A stretch of 64,000 nucleotides of DNA. Source: an uncultured Muribaculaceae bacterium. Its GTDB lineage: Bacteria > Bacteroidota > Bacteroidia > Bacteroidales > Muribaculaceae. Below, piece by piece: positions 9,793-19,173 of the stretch. The stretch lies in contig CANNVE010000004.1 in the NCBI GenBank assembly GCA_947525975.1, positions 71,278 to 135,277 on the forward strand, in the 5' to 3' direction. The notes under the pieces were generated by a model that worked only from the letters and a program-made list of their open reading frames with translations, was not told where the DNA came from and searched no databases. The stretch's first letter is position 1. Every line of letters begins with the position of its first letter. Both the position numbers and the translations under genes were made by a program.

Positions 9793-11022
9793 CTATTTGT
9801 AAAGTCTGTATTTTTCCGACGCCTTGCGGAATGCTTCGGCATCCTTATTCCAGTAGTCGATCATGTCGGCCACTTTATAATTCTTTCCAAAGCGCTTGCG
9901 TATCTCCTTGCTGCCGGTCACCTTGTCAAACATATTGAATCGCTTCGGGTCGCCGGCCTTGAAAGCGGCTTTATCGGGATACATGTCGGCGATCTCCTGC
10001 ATCACATAGAATTGGATTAGCGACAGGGGCGCCTTGTCTTTGTCAGTGATGTAGAATTCCACGCCTTGCATATTCTCATCCTTGCCAAAGCCGTAGAAAG
10101 GCTTGATGTGGATGGGGCGGAATTTAACGCCTGGGATGTCGAGAGCGTTGAGGCGCTGCGAAAGTTTGTCGGCTTCAATCCACGTAGCGCAGAAAAGCTT
10201 GAACGGCATTGTGTATCCCACGCCGATGTTCATATAGTTCAGCTCTCCCAGTATGCCGGAGGCGGGATAAAGGAGCGCCGACTCGGCATTGGGCTGATGA
10301 GGCGAAGGGAGCACCCAAGGCATTCCTGTCTGCTGGAAGGTCATGTCGCGTGTCCATCCTTCCATGGGCACCACTGTGAGATTGGCTTTAGCGCCGTCTT
10401 TGAGCAAGCCTTCCTCATTGAGGTATTGTGCGAGTTCGCCCGGGGTCAGGCCATAGAGATAAGGTATCGGGAATTGGCTGACAAACGAATAGCAGCTGTC
10501 CTCCACGAGATTGCCCTCCACCTTATTTCCGCCTACAGGATTCGGGCGGTCGAGCACCATAAATTCCTTTCCTTGCTCCGCGCATGCCTCCATGGCCTTG
10601 CCCATGGTAGAGATGAAAGTGAATGAGCGGCAGCCATTGTCTTGAATGTCATAGACGAGCACATCCACATCCTTCAGCATTTCAGGGGTGGGCTTAAGCG
10701 TCTTGCCGTAGATCGAATACACAGTGACACCGGTGGCGGCATCAGTGTAGGTGTCTACCTTGTCGCCTGCGTGTACATCGCCGCGCACGCCATGCTCCGG
10801 CGAATACAGGCCCACGAGCTCTACGCCGGGGGCTTCATGGAGTATGTCGATAGTTGATTTCAGGTTATTGTCAACGCCCGACGGATTAGTGATCAGTCCC
10901 ACGCGCTTTCCCTTGAGCTGGGCGAATCCATTGTCGCGGAGCACCTCCACTCCCGGCTTCACTTGGGCCGAGGCCATCATCGAGATTGCGGCCATAACCA
11001 TGGCCAATATGCTTTTATTCAT
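9793..11022 (-). CDS. namZ: Exo-beta-N-acetylmuramidase NamZ (DUF1343) with signal peptide
   Basis: GKRVGLITNPSG, SPEHGVRG, YDIQDNGCRSFTF, DRPNP, WVLPSP. Confidence 0.88.
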   Translation of the reverse strand: MNKSILAMVMAAISMMASAQVKPGVEVLRDNGFAQLKGKRVGLITNPSGVDNNLKSTIDILHEAPGVELVGLYSPEHGVRGDVHAGDKVDTYTDAATGVTVYSIYGKTLKPTPEMLKDVDVLVYDIQDNGCRSFTFISTMGKAMEACAEQGKEFMVLDRPNPVGGNKVEGNLVEDSCYSFVSQFPIPYLYGLTPGELAQYLNEEGLLKDGAKANLTVVPMEGWTRDMTFQQTGMPWVLPSPHQPNAESALLYPASGILGELNYMNIGVGYTMPFKLFCATWIEADKLSQRLNALDIPGVKFRPIHIKPFYGFGKDENMQGVEFYITDKDKAPLSLIQFYVMQEIADMYPDKAAFKAGDPKRFNMFDKVTGSKEIRKRFGKNYKVADMIDYWNKDAEAFRKASEKYRLYK

Positions 11023-11084
11023 TTTTATTTCAATGTTTTATAAAACTCATTTATATAGTCAGGGCCCGAAAGCCCTGACCTTGA

Positions 11085-12959
11085 TTATTGCTTTGACTCT
11101 TCTTTTTTGCCGAATGACGGGTCAACCTTCACTATCATGGCCACCACAATCGTGGCTATGCAGCAGATCATCGTCCATACGAAGAAATGCTTGTAGCCGA
11201 TAGTCTCCTGCACCCAGCCTGCAATCATGCCGGTCATCATTGACAGAGCCATGAGCCCTGTGCAGATGGCATAGTGCGAGGTCTTGAATTTGCCCTCTGA
11301 ATAGTATATCAGGTAGAGCATATAGGCTGTAAATCCGAATCCGTATCCGAATTGCTCGATAAACACGCAGATATTGACCGTCAACAGCGAATGATCCTGG
11401 AAATAGCTGAGGTAGACGAATGTCAGGCAGGTCAGCGACATGCTCCATGCCATGGGCTGAAGCCACTTTTTCAGACCGCCTTTGGCCGCCACCATGCCGC
11501 CGATGATGCCGCCGATGGTGAGGCCGATGATGCCGATGGTGCCATAGACGAGGCCTACCTCGCCGGTGGTGAGGCCGAGGCCGCCCTTGTCGATGGGATC
11601 AAGCAGGAATGGCTGTATGATCTTGGTGAGCTGAGCCTCGGGGAAGCGGTAGAGCAGCATGAATACGATGGCCGCAAGCGTCTGTTTCAGAGGGAATTTG
11701 GTGAAGAATGTGCGGAAAGCGTCGACAAAGCCCATGATGATGTCCTTGGCTGACGCCTCGCCGTTTGATCCGTCGCTCGCCGGACGAGGCAGTGCCCAGT
11801 TGTGGTAGATGACCACTATGAAGAAGAATGCCGACAGCACTATGAACACTACGGTCCAGGCCATGGGGATATTGCCAGATGTGCCGCTGAATGTGGCCAC
11901 GGCTTTATCTTTGATCTTGGGATCTATGGTGTAGAAAAGATACGCCGGGCGATCCCAATTCTCTGATGTGAACACAAGTCGCTGATCGCTGGCCAGCTTG
12001 ATGCTCTGGTCGCCATCTTTGAAATTGAATATCAGCACGATTTCTTCACCTGCTTCAGGCGCCTGCGTGAGGCGAATGCTTGATATGGCGAAATTGCTGT
12101 TAGGAGCCGCCACATCGCCTCGATCCTCTCCGAATTTATCGCGAAGCCAGGTGCGGAACGCTCCCCACTCCGATTTCTTGACGGCAGCGGATCCATTGGC
12201 TTGCTCGGCCAAAACGAATCCGTTGGCGGCGTTGCTCTCGTCAACTTTGCTGCGCATCATGGCCGAATACTCCGGGAACGGCACCATAGCGCCGTCGTAC
12301 TCGACTGAGTCGGCCACTGCCACCGACAGAGTCTGCAGCGGCGACACCACGAATTGCTTGGAATCTGTCTGCGCGAGCACATCCTCGGGCGGCAACGCTG
12401 CGATGCTCACCGGCTCGTCAGGGTCTACGATAAGCTGCGCCTCAACAGGCTCCAGACCGGTGTTCATCTCTATCATACCGGCGAGCACCACAAGCAATCC
12501 CTGCCCCACCACAGTGGCTACACGGTAGAAAGTGGAGCGGATGCCTACATAGAACGATTGCTCATGCTCTGTGAGCGCAAGCATATAGAAACCGTCAGCC
12601 GCGATGTCATGCGTGGCCGAGGCAAAGCCCATCAGCATGAAAATGGCAAGCGTGAACTGCACATAGAATTGCGTGGGAATCGTGAAGGCGATACCGGCGA
12701 GAGCGAAAGCCACTATCCACTGCATGGTGAGTGTCCACCAGCGCTTTGTGCGGATAAGGTCGACAAAGGGGCTCCAGAATGGCTTGATCACCCATGGCAG
12801 TCCGAGCCAGCCGGTATAGACGGCTATGTCGGTGTTGCTCATGCCCAAGCGCTTGTACATAATCACGGAGATTGTCATAACGGCCACGTAAGGGAGTCCC
12901 TGGGCGAAATACAGCGTCGGGATCCAGTACCATGGATTGCGTTTCTTTGTTTTTTCCAT
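11085..12959 (-). CDS. ampG: AmpG-like MFS muropeptide/MurNAc permease with a large soluble insertion
   Basis: PWYWIPTLYFAQGLP, KPFWSPFVD, ATHDIAADGFY, LYRFPEAQL, EQFGYGFGF; 624 aa, roughly 200 aa longer than typical AmpG. Confidence 0.85.
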   Translation of the reverse strand: MEKTKKRNPWYWIPTLYFAQGLPYVAVMTISVIMYKRLGMSNTDIAVYTGWLGLPWVIKPFWSPFVDLIRTKRWWTLTMQWIVAFALAGIAFTIPTQFYVQFTLAIFMLMGFASATHDIAADGFYMLALTEHEQSFYVGIRSTFYRVATVVGQGLLVVLAGMIEMNTGLEPVEAQLIVDPDEPVSIAALPPEDVLAQTDSKQFVVSPLQTLSVAVADSVEYDGAMVPFPEYSAMMRSKVDESNAANGFVLAEQANGSAAVKKSEWGAFRTWLRDKFGEDRGDVAAPNSNFAISSIRLTQAPEAGEEIVLIFNFKDGDQSIKLASDQRLVFTSENWDRPAYLFYTIDPKIKDKAVATFSGTSGNIPMAWTVVFIVLSAFFFIVVIYHNWALPRPASDGSNGEASAKDIIMGFVDAFRTFFTKFPLKQTLAAIVFMLLYRFPEAQLTKIIQPFLLDPIDKGGLGLTTGEVGLVYGTIGIIGLTIGGIIGGMVAAKGGLKKWLQPMAWSMSLTCLTFVYLSYFQDHSLLTVNICVFIEQFGYGFGFTAYMLYLIYYSEGKFKTSHYAICTGLMALSMMTGMIAGWVQETIGYKHFFVWTMICCIATIVVAMIVKVDPSFGKKEESKQ

Positions 12960-13025
12960 GAGATAGACTGTTCTAGTTTCTTTTTTGGTTAGTTTGGAAA
13001 ATAAGAATTAAGGTTATGTAATTAG

Positions 13026-13057
13026 CAAATTTAGCCATAAATCACGAACCAAACAAA
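13026..13057 (-). promoter_or_regulatory. Bacteroidetes promoter (-33 TTTG, -7 TAAATTTG) for ampG-namZ-dld
   Basis: Minus strand TTTG (13057-13054), a 20-nt spacer, then TAAATTTG (13033-13026). Confidence 0.7.
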
Positions 13058-13177
13058 TATTTACCGACAAAAATCTCTTTTGCCGATAAAAACATATCCC
13101 AGAGAAACGCGATGCCGGTGTGGACGCTTTGGCGACAGTTACGCAGGCGGAGGTGCGGCGCCCAAGCATTTCACGCA

Positions 13178-13204
13178 GAGAGGCCGCCCGTAAGGCAGCC
13201 TCTC
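13178..13204 (-). terminator. Hairpin downstream of the D-2-hydroxyacid dehydrogenase gene
   Basis: GAGAGGCCGCC-CGTAA-GGCAGCCTCTC inverted repeat 25 nt after the stop; no clear U-tract. Confidence 0.5.
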
Positions 13205-13228
13205 GTTAATAATTTTAATCCAATGGTG

Positions 13229-14182
13229 TCAGTTCACTACATTGGAATGCTTGCCGTCAAGGAAATTGCGCAGGTTGTCGGCGGAGATGTCGATAAGGGC
13301 TTTGCGGGCGGTATCGCTCTGCCATGCTATGTGGGGAGTGATGCGGCAGCGCTCGCAGTCGAGCAGAGGCTCCTCAACCGTGGGAGGTTCCTGAGCCAGC
13401 ACGTCAACGCCGGCTCCGTATATCCTGCCCTCATTGAGGGCGCGGGCAAGAGCGTAAGAGTCTATCAGGCCGCCGCGGGCGGCATTAATTATTATGGCCG
13501 TCGGCTTCATCAGGGCGAGAGTGTCGTCGTTGACAAAATGCTTGTTTTCAGCCGTAAGAGGAGCGGCGAGCACAAGCACATCGCTCATCTCGAAAAGTTC
13601 TTTTTTCTCCACCGGAGATATGTATCCCGGCAGCTGCCATGGCACCTTCGATGTGAAGGCCACCACCTTCATGCCGAAAGCGTTGGCTATCCTTGCTACT
13701 TCGCCGCCTATGTTGCCGAGGCCATAAATGCCGAGTGTCAGTCCGGCAAGCTCTATCACGGGAGTCAGCCTGTAGCTGAAGTCTGCGCATTTGGCCCAAT
13801 CCCCGGCTTTCACCGAGCGGGAATGCAGCTCAGTCTCATTGCAAATGTTGAGAAGGTGGGCGAAGATATTCTGCGCCACAGACCGAGTGCTGTAGGCGGG
13901 CACATTGCACACCGTCACCCCTGCCCTTCGGGCAGCTATTACGTCGACATTGTTGTATCCCGTGGCCAGGACGCCTATGAAGCGCAGCCCGGGCAATGCG
14001 GCTATCGTGTCTCGGTCGAGCACCACCTTGTTTGTGAATACCGCATCGGCGCCCTTGGCCCGCTCTATCACGAGGTCTTTGGGTGTGCGGTCATAGACTG
14101 TGAGTTCGCCAAGTTCTGCGAGAGGAGCCCAACTCATGTCGCCGTTATTGGCGACATATCCGTCGAGGATTACGATCTTCAT
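13229..14182 (-). CDS. D-2-hydroxyacid dehydrogenase (glycerate dehydrogenase / HprA-like)
   Basis: LATGYNNVD, CNVPAYST, GIYGLGNIG, INAARGGLID, DVLAQEPP, ITPHIAW. Confidence 0.88.
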   Translation of the reverse strand: MKIVILDGYVANNGDMSWAPLAELGELTVYDRTPKDLVIERAKGADAVFTNKVVLDRDTIAALPGLRFIGVLATGYNNVDVIAARRAGVTVCNVPAYSTRSVAQNIFAHLLNICNETELHSRSVKAGDWAKCADFSYRLTPVIELAGLTLGIYGLGNIGGEVARIANAFGMKVVAFTSKVPWQLPGYISPVEKKELFEMSDVLVLAAPLTAENKHFVNDDTLALMKPTAIIINAARGGLIDSYALARALNEGRIYGAGVDVLAQEPPTVEEPLLDCERCRITPHIAWQSDTARKALIDISADNLRNFLDGKHSNVVN

Positions 14183-14225
14183 AAGCTTGTTGGTATTAGG
14201 GATTCAAGTGCGATTAATGCAAAAG

Positions 14226-14270
14226 AGAAAAAAGGTTGGGAAGCGCGTATGCGAGCGCCCTTCCCAACCT
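14226..14270 (-). terminator. Intrinsic terminator after the carboxylase gene
   Basis: AGGTTGGGAAG...CTTCCCAACCT 11-bp stem followed by a T-tract on the minus strand. Confidence 0.75.
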
Positions 14271-14283
14271 GTATTATGTATGA

Positions 14284-16164
14284 TCAGTCTTCAAACTCTA
14301 CGAGGACTGCCTCAGTGCCTACGATCTGGTCAGGCTTTACGAAGACGCGCTTGATCACACCGTCCTTGGTGGCGGTGACGTCGTTTTCCATCTTCATGGC
14401 TTCGTATACGAGGAGCACCTTGCCCTTCTCCACTTTGTCTCCGGGCTTGACGTTGACCTCGATCACCTTGCCGCCCATGGGAGCGGTGATGGTCTCGCCG
14501 GTGATGGGAGCCTCCTCCACCTTCTCTTCAACGGCTACAGCCACCTCTGCGGGCTTGCTTGCCTCGTATTCCTCCTGGCGGCGCTTGCGCAGGAATCCCT
14601 TGGCCACTGTGGGAAGGAGTTCGAGCAGGAGCTCCTCTTCTTTGTTTTTGGCGAGTTTAACGCCGCCAAGATCATCGAGAGCGGGATTTTCGGGAGCCTT
14701 GTATGAAGTCACATCGTAAGCCTTCTCGATGGGGCTGCCGGTGATCTTCTCGCGGAAGGCGGGATCCACAGCCACTGGAGTGTGGCCATATTCGCCCTTC
14801 ACAAGAGATATGAATTGGTTTGAAGGATTTGAGTAGTCGGGATTGCCTTTCTTGCGGTCAAGGGCCACGCTCACAGCCTGAGAGCCGACAATCTGGCTCG
14901 TAGGAGTCACCAGGGGCACCAGGCCTGCGTCGCGGCGCACCATAGGTATCAGGCGCATTGCGTCGTCGAGGAGTTCCTCAGCCTTGAGCTGCTTGAGCTG
15001 AGCCACCATGTTTGAGTACATGCCTCCGGGCACCTCGGCGTTCTTGACGAGCTCGTTTGGCTTCGGGAAGCCGAAATAAGCCTCGATGGCGTGGCAAGCG
15101 TCGAGCAGGGTGTCTTCGTCGCCTGCCTTGGCTGCTGCCACAGCCTTGTCGACGAGCGCTTCGATCTCTGCGGGGAGCTTGTCATTGAGCGGATCGAAGG
15201 GCTTGGGCATGCGGTCTTTGTTGAGGTCAAAGTCAGCGAGGCTCTTGCGGGCGTCGAGCAGCTTGTCGCGGATTGCGCCTACTGCCACCATGTCAACCTC
15301 GAGTTCTACGCCGAGCTTGTCGGCGAAGAGGTATACGAGTTCTATGGCCGGTGCGGCCGAGCCGCCGCCAAACCACCAGATGTTGGTGTCAAGAATGTCT
15401 ACTCCGTGCAGGATAGCCATGATTGACGATGCGAGGCCGTATCCGGGAGTGCAGTGGGTGTGGAAGTCTACAGGCACCTTCACATTGGCCTTGAGCTCAG
15501 AGATGATGTCGGCTGCGCGCGACGGAGTCACCAGGCCGGCCATGTCCTTGAGGGTGATGATCTTAGCGCCGAGCGCTTCCATCTGCCTGGCCTTGTCCAC
15601 GAAGTATTGGGTGGTGAATATCTTTTCCGGCTCCTCTACCTTGGGCTTGCCGCCGAAAAGACGGGCGAAGAAGCCCTTGGGCTTCTCTTCGGCCACAGGC
15701 TCGGTCTTGGGATCGACAGTGTAGCAAACAGCGCCGTCGGCGATGCCGCCAAGGTCATTGATCATCTTGATCGAGTCCTTGACATTGTCTATATCATTAA
15801 GGGCGTCGAAGATGCGCATCACGTTGAGGCCGTTTTTGATAGCCTCCTTGTAGAAGCCCTCGAGCACGCTGTTGGGGTAAGGCACGTAACCGAAGAGGTT
15901 GCGTCCGCGAGAAAGAGCGGAAAGATATGATTTTCCCTTCATCACCTTCGACACGCTGCGCAGGCGCTCCCACGGAGACTCGTCGAGGAATCGCATCACT
16001 GAGTCGGGCACTGCGCCTCCCCAGACCTCCATGATGTAGAATCCGGCGTTTTCGTAGAGAGGGAGAAGCTTGTCAATCTCTTTTTGGCTGAGACGCGTAG
16101 CGAAGAGTGACTGCTGACCGTCACGCAGGGTGAGGTCACGAAGTTTCAATTTACGTTTTTCCAT
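14284..16164 (-). CDS. Oxaloacetate decarboxylase alpha / pyruvate carboxylase B subunit (carboxyltransferase plus biotin domain)
   Basis: RDLTLRDGQQSL, EVWGGA, LKDMAG, HTHCTPG, VPGGMYSNM, PLVTPTSQIVG, biotin motif EAMKM. Confidence 0.92.
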   Translation of the reverse strand: MEKRKLKLRDLTLRDGQQSLFATRLSQKEIDKLLPLYENAGFYIMEVWGGAVPDSVMRFLDESPWERLRSVSKVMKGKSYLSALSRGRNLFGYVPYPNSVLEGFYKEAIKNGLNVMRIFDALNDIDNVKDSIKMINDLGGIADGAVCYTVDPKTEPVAEEKPKGFFARLFGGKPKVEEPEKIFTTQYFVDKARQMEALGAKIITLKDMAGLVTPSRAADIISELKANVKVPVDFHTHCTPGYGLASSIMAILHGVDILDTNIWWFGGGSAAPAIELVYLFADKLGVELEVDMVAVGAIRDKLLDARKSLADFDLNKDRMPKPFDPLNDKLPAEIEALVDKAVAAAKAGDEDTLLDACHAIEAYFGFPKPNELVKNAEVPGGMYSNMVAQLKQLKAEELLDDAMRLIPMVRRDAGLVPLVTPTSQIVGSQAVSVALDRKKGNPDYSNPSNQFISLVKGEYGHTPVAVDPAFREKITGSPIEKAYDVTSYKAPENPALDDLGGVKLAKNKEEELLLELLPTVAKGFLRKRRQEEYEASKPAEVAVAVEEKVEEAPITGETITAPMGGKVIEVNVKPGDKVEKGKVLLVYEAMKMENDVTATKDGVIKRVFVKPDQIVGTEAVLVEFED

Positions 16165-16322
16165 GCTGTTTACATGAGATTAATTTGTACGTGACAAAAA
16201 TACGCATTATTTTTTTCCAAAACAAAGTTTTGTGTGAAAAAACGCTCTTTTGCCGAAAAAAAGAGCCAGCGCGGGCTTTTTCAGCCCACGCCGGCCATCT
16301 TTTAGGAGGTCGGGGATATGCT

Positions 16323-16745
16323 TCAACGCAGACGGTCGTAGCTGCGCAGCAGGCGGTAGTCACGCTTCATGGCCACCCACGCCATCACTGTCAGCACAAA
16401 CGATGCCAGAGCCGCTGCCGACGGCCAAAGCCACGATGCGACAAACTCCTCCGGCATCACAAGCGCCATGACCGAAGCCACCACAAACATCGATGCCCAC
16501 ACGAGCACGCAGCAGCAGAGGGTGCAGTTCATCTGGAATTTAAGGTTCTTGAACGCGAAGATCGTGACAAGCTGCAGCACGGCGGTGGTGACGCAGATGA
16601 TCATCATGCTCATGTCAGAAGACACTTTCACGGGCAGGAGGATGCCGTCGGCCTCAATATGGCCGATAGGGAGGGCAAACGTGAGCACGAACATCAGCGC
16701 GCTCGCCAAAAGCAAGTAGAGAGATTGGATTCTTTGGATTACCAT
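16323..16745 (-). CDS. DUF4293-family membrane protein
   Basis: MVIQRIQSLYLLLA start, four hydrophobic segments, C-terminal DYRLLRSYDRLR. Confidence 0.8.
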   Translation of the reverse strand: MVIQRIQSLYLLLASALMFVLTFALPIGHIEADGILLPVKVSSDMSMMIICVTTAVLQLVTIFAFKNLKFQMNCTLCCCVLVWASMFVVASVMALVMPEEFVASWLWPSAAALASFVLTVMAWVAMKRDYRLLRSYDRLR

Positions 16746-16778
16746 AAATGCGATTATTATAATGTTTGACGTTTCCTT

Positions 16779-18995
16779 TCATTTCCCGAGGCTATAGGCC
16801 ACAGCATCGATCACAAGGGGCAATGTCGACGTGTCTACGCCCGCTTTCTTCAGAGAGTCTGCGTCGGCGGCTATGGCCTTCGGCAGAGTGTCAGCGTCAG
16901 CTCCGGATACATTCTGCAGATATAGGCCATAATGGTTTATGGCCGAACGCGTATCGCCCGAAGCCAGCGCCACATGCCCCATGTTGAGATAGTCTACGGC
17001 GGTGGGCGCATCCTGCAGTATCTTGGCGTAGTAGCGGCTCGATCCGTCGAAATCCCCCGTCAGGAATAAAGTCCAGGCGAGGGGGCGCCAGGCCTTTGTC
17101 GACTTCTCGTCGAGGAATTCCACCTTATAGAATTGCTTGATGGCACGCTGCAGGTCGCCGTGCTCTATGCATACGTATCCGAGCAAGAGAGCCGATTGCA
17201 GGTCGGTTGGATCCTGCTCCGACAACATCCCGTAGTATTCTATGGCCTTCTCTTTGTCGCCAAGCTGGCGGTAGCAGGCCGCGAGGCGGCGTCGTGTCCA
17301 GCGGCTGTCAGGGTCGAGGAGCTCGGCCCTGAGGTAGTAGTCGACAGCGTCGTCGGCTTTGCCCAGCTTCTCGCAGCAATATCCCATCTTCTGATACCGC
17401 TGAGCATCGCCCGGCACTATGCCCTCCATGCGCCTGAACACCCCGAGAGCATCCTCCCAGTATTTCAGTTTGAAATAGAATTCGGCCACCACCTGAAGCA
17501 GGTCAAGGTCAACGAACTCCGACTCCAGCGCCGGCACAGCTATGAGATTTATGCCGGAGTCAAACGGATCGAAAAACTCACTCTTGCGGCGGAACAGTTT
17601 GTAGAACCGGTAGAGATTCTGCATCTGCAGGTTGACCTCCTTTCGGCGAGCCTCGGGCGTGGTCATGGCAGCGTTCTCGCGCATTGCTTCGTAGATGCCG
17701 TCTCTCTGAGCCATGAATTGAGAGGTCATCATCTGCCTCTGCTGCTCGGGCACCATCTTAAGGGCAAGCACAAACGAATACTTGTCGCCGTCGCAAAAGA
17801 ATTTCGCTTTTTCAATCATGTCAGAGACAACGCCGAGCGATGCCGCCTCTTCCTCAATCGAGGTGTGCGACGCATCGTAGGGCAAGAACCAGTTGCCGAT
17901 GTCGTTGAAGAATGGAAATTGCTTAAGATGAGCGAATGTGCTCATCATCACATCGCCGCCCTCCATCTGTATCTCGGTGAGCTCCTTTAGCTTGTCGGAA
18001 ATGCCGTTCTTGTCGAGGAGTTCCTGCCATTCAGGATTTTCCTGCATCGAGGCAAGGTCCTGGCTCTCGAGCCTGTCAGCCTTGAATTTGCTCATGATTT
18101 CGGGCTTGAGGTTCATCATGTCTGGAATCACCTCATCGCGTATCTTGCGGTTGATGCGCTCGGTGTCTCGTGCGCGGATCATCTCTATGAATGCAATCTT
18201 CAGATCGCTGTGCCATCCGTCATGCTCCTTTGCTGATGCGAGCGCGGCAGCCACCTTCTGCGGCATCGGCCTGTTGCGGTACATCCACAGGCCAAGGAGC
18301 AGCCCTATGAGAGCCGCCGATGTCACCCGCAGGTCATTGTCGCTCAAGTATGCCGCAAACAGAAGCAACAGCCTCTTTCTGTCATATTTAGCCATCAGGC
18401 CCATGGTCACGGCCCACACTATGTTGGTTTTGGCCCCCGCTGACACTGCCTGGCCCGAAATGACCGCGTTTAGCGCATCATAGTCGGCATTTGACAGCGC
18501 CGGCGTAGCCCATACGGCCACGAAAAGATCAGAAAGCAATCGCTCGGCCTGCTGACGCTTCTGCTTGTCGTCGGCCTGCGAGCCGGATGAAAGTATTTTG
18601 AAAATCGAGCCTTCGGCCGAAGCCTGCGCGTAGCGGTCTATCAGAGGCGCGATCTCCATCTGCGCGCCCCTCATGGCACGCAGCCTCAACGTGCTGAAAT
18701 ACAGCGACGGATTGTCGACCTTCTCAAACTGCAGCGTCAGGTCGTCAAACGATGCGTAAAGGTCGCTGACGATGCCGTCATACACCGAAGCCCTTTCAGG
18801 GTCGGCCGCGCCGTCGGCCATGTAGCGCAGCATGTAGGCGTAGTTCTGCTCAGTCTTCTCAAGCCTGTCGGCCACAGCCCATGCCTGCGAGTCGCGCGCG
18901 GCCTTCGCCATTTCGGCGTTTGCCTCCCTCAATCGGCGCTGACCCAGCAACGCGCTGACTTTTTCTTTAAATTTCTTGATATCTTGTAGCGTCAT
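16779..18995 (-). CDS. Tetratricopeptide-repeat protein
   Basis: C-terminal TPR-like repeats (AVDYYLRAELLDP, AIKQFYKVEFLD, YLNMGHVALASG). Start placed at MTLQDIKK, downstream of a TATTTTTG box at 19058-19051. Confidence 0.75.
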   Translation of the reverse strand: MTLQDIKKFKEKVSALLGQRRLREANAEMAKAARDSQAWAVADRLEKTEQNYAYMLRYMADGAADPERASVYDGIVSDLYASFDDLTLQFEKVDNPSLYFSTLRLRAMRGAQMEIAPLIDRYAQASAEGSIFKILSSGSQADDKQKRQQAERLLSDLFVAVWATPALSNADYDALNAVISGQAVSAGAKTNIVWAVTMGLMAKYDRKRLLLLFAAYLSDNDLRVTSAALIGLLLGLWMYRNRPMPQKVAAALASAKEHDGWHSDLKIAFIEMIRARDTERINRKIRDEVIPDMMNLKPEIMSKFKADRLESQDLASMQENPEWQELLDKNGISDKLKELTEIQMEGGDVMMSTFAHLKQFPFFNDIGNWFLPYDASHTSIEEEAASLGVVSDMIEKAKFFCDGDKYSFVLALKMVPEQQRQMMTSQFMAQRDGIYEAMRENAAMTTPEARRKEVNLQMQNLYRFYKLFRRKSEFFDPFDSGINLIAVPALESEFVDLDLLQVVAEFYFKLKYWEDALGVFRRMEGIVPGDAQRYQKMGYCCEKLGKADDAVDYYLRAELLDPDSRWTRRRLAACYRQLGDKEKAIEYYGMLSEQDPTDLQSALLLGYVCIEHGDLQRAIKQFYKVEFLDEKSTKAWRPLAWTLFLTGDFDGSSRYYAKILQDAPTAVDYLNMGHVALASGDTRSAINHYGLYLQNVSGADADTLPKAIAADADSLKKAGVDTSTLPLVIDAVAYSLGK

Positions 18996-19103
18996 TTCCG
19001 TTGATTGCGTATAAATTCCATAATATAACAAACATTACCACAAAAATAGCGCCATTTTACATATTTTTAAGCAAGAATGACAAAATTCCCGTTTTTTAGG
19101 CAC

Positions 19104-19143
19104 AAAAAAAGGATGCGACAGTGAAATGAAGCATCCTTTTTTT
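19104..19143. terminator. Intrinsic terminator after rpsO (bidirectional form)
   Basis: AAAAAAAGGATGC...GCATCCTTTTTTT. Confidence 0.8.
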
Positions 19144-19173
19144 GTTTTGTAGTCTTTAAGCGGGCCTTCCGGC

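Noticed and set aside
13229-14182. D-2-hydroxyacid dehydrogenase as part of the MurNAc/D-lactate cluster
   Set aside because: Separated by a hairpin and a distinct ampG promoter; its sequence resembles glycerate dehydrogenase/HprA more than D-LDH.
13112-14719. 535-aa plus-strand ORF
   Set aside because: Antisense to two well-supported genes and crosses a terminator; no domain signature.
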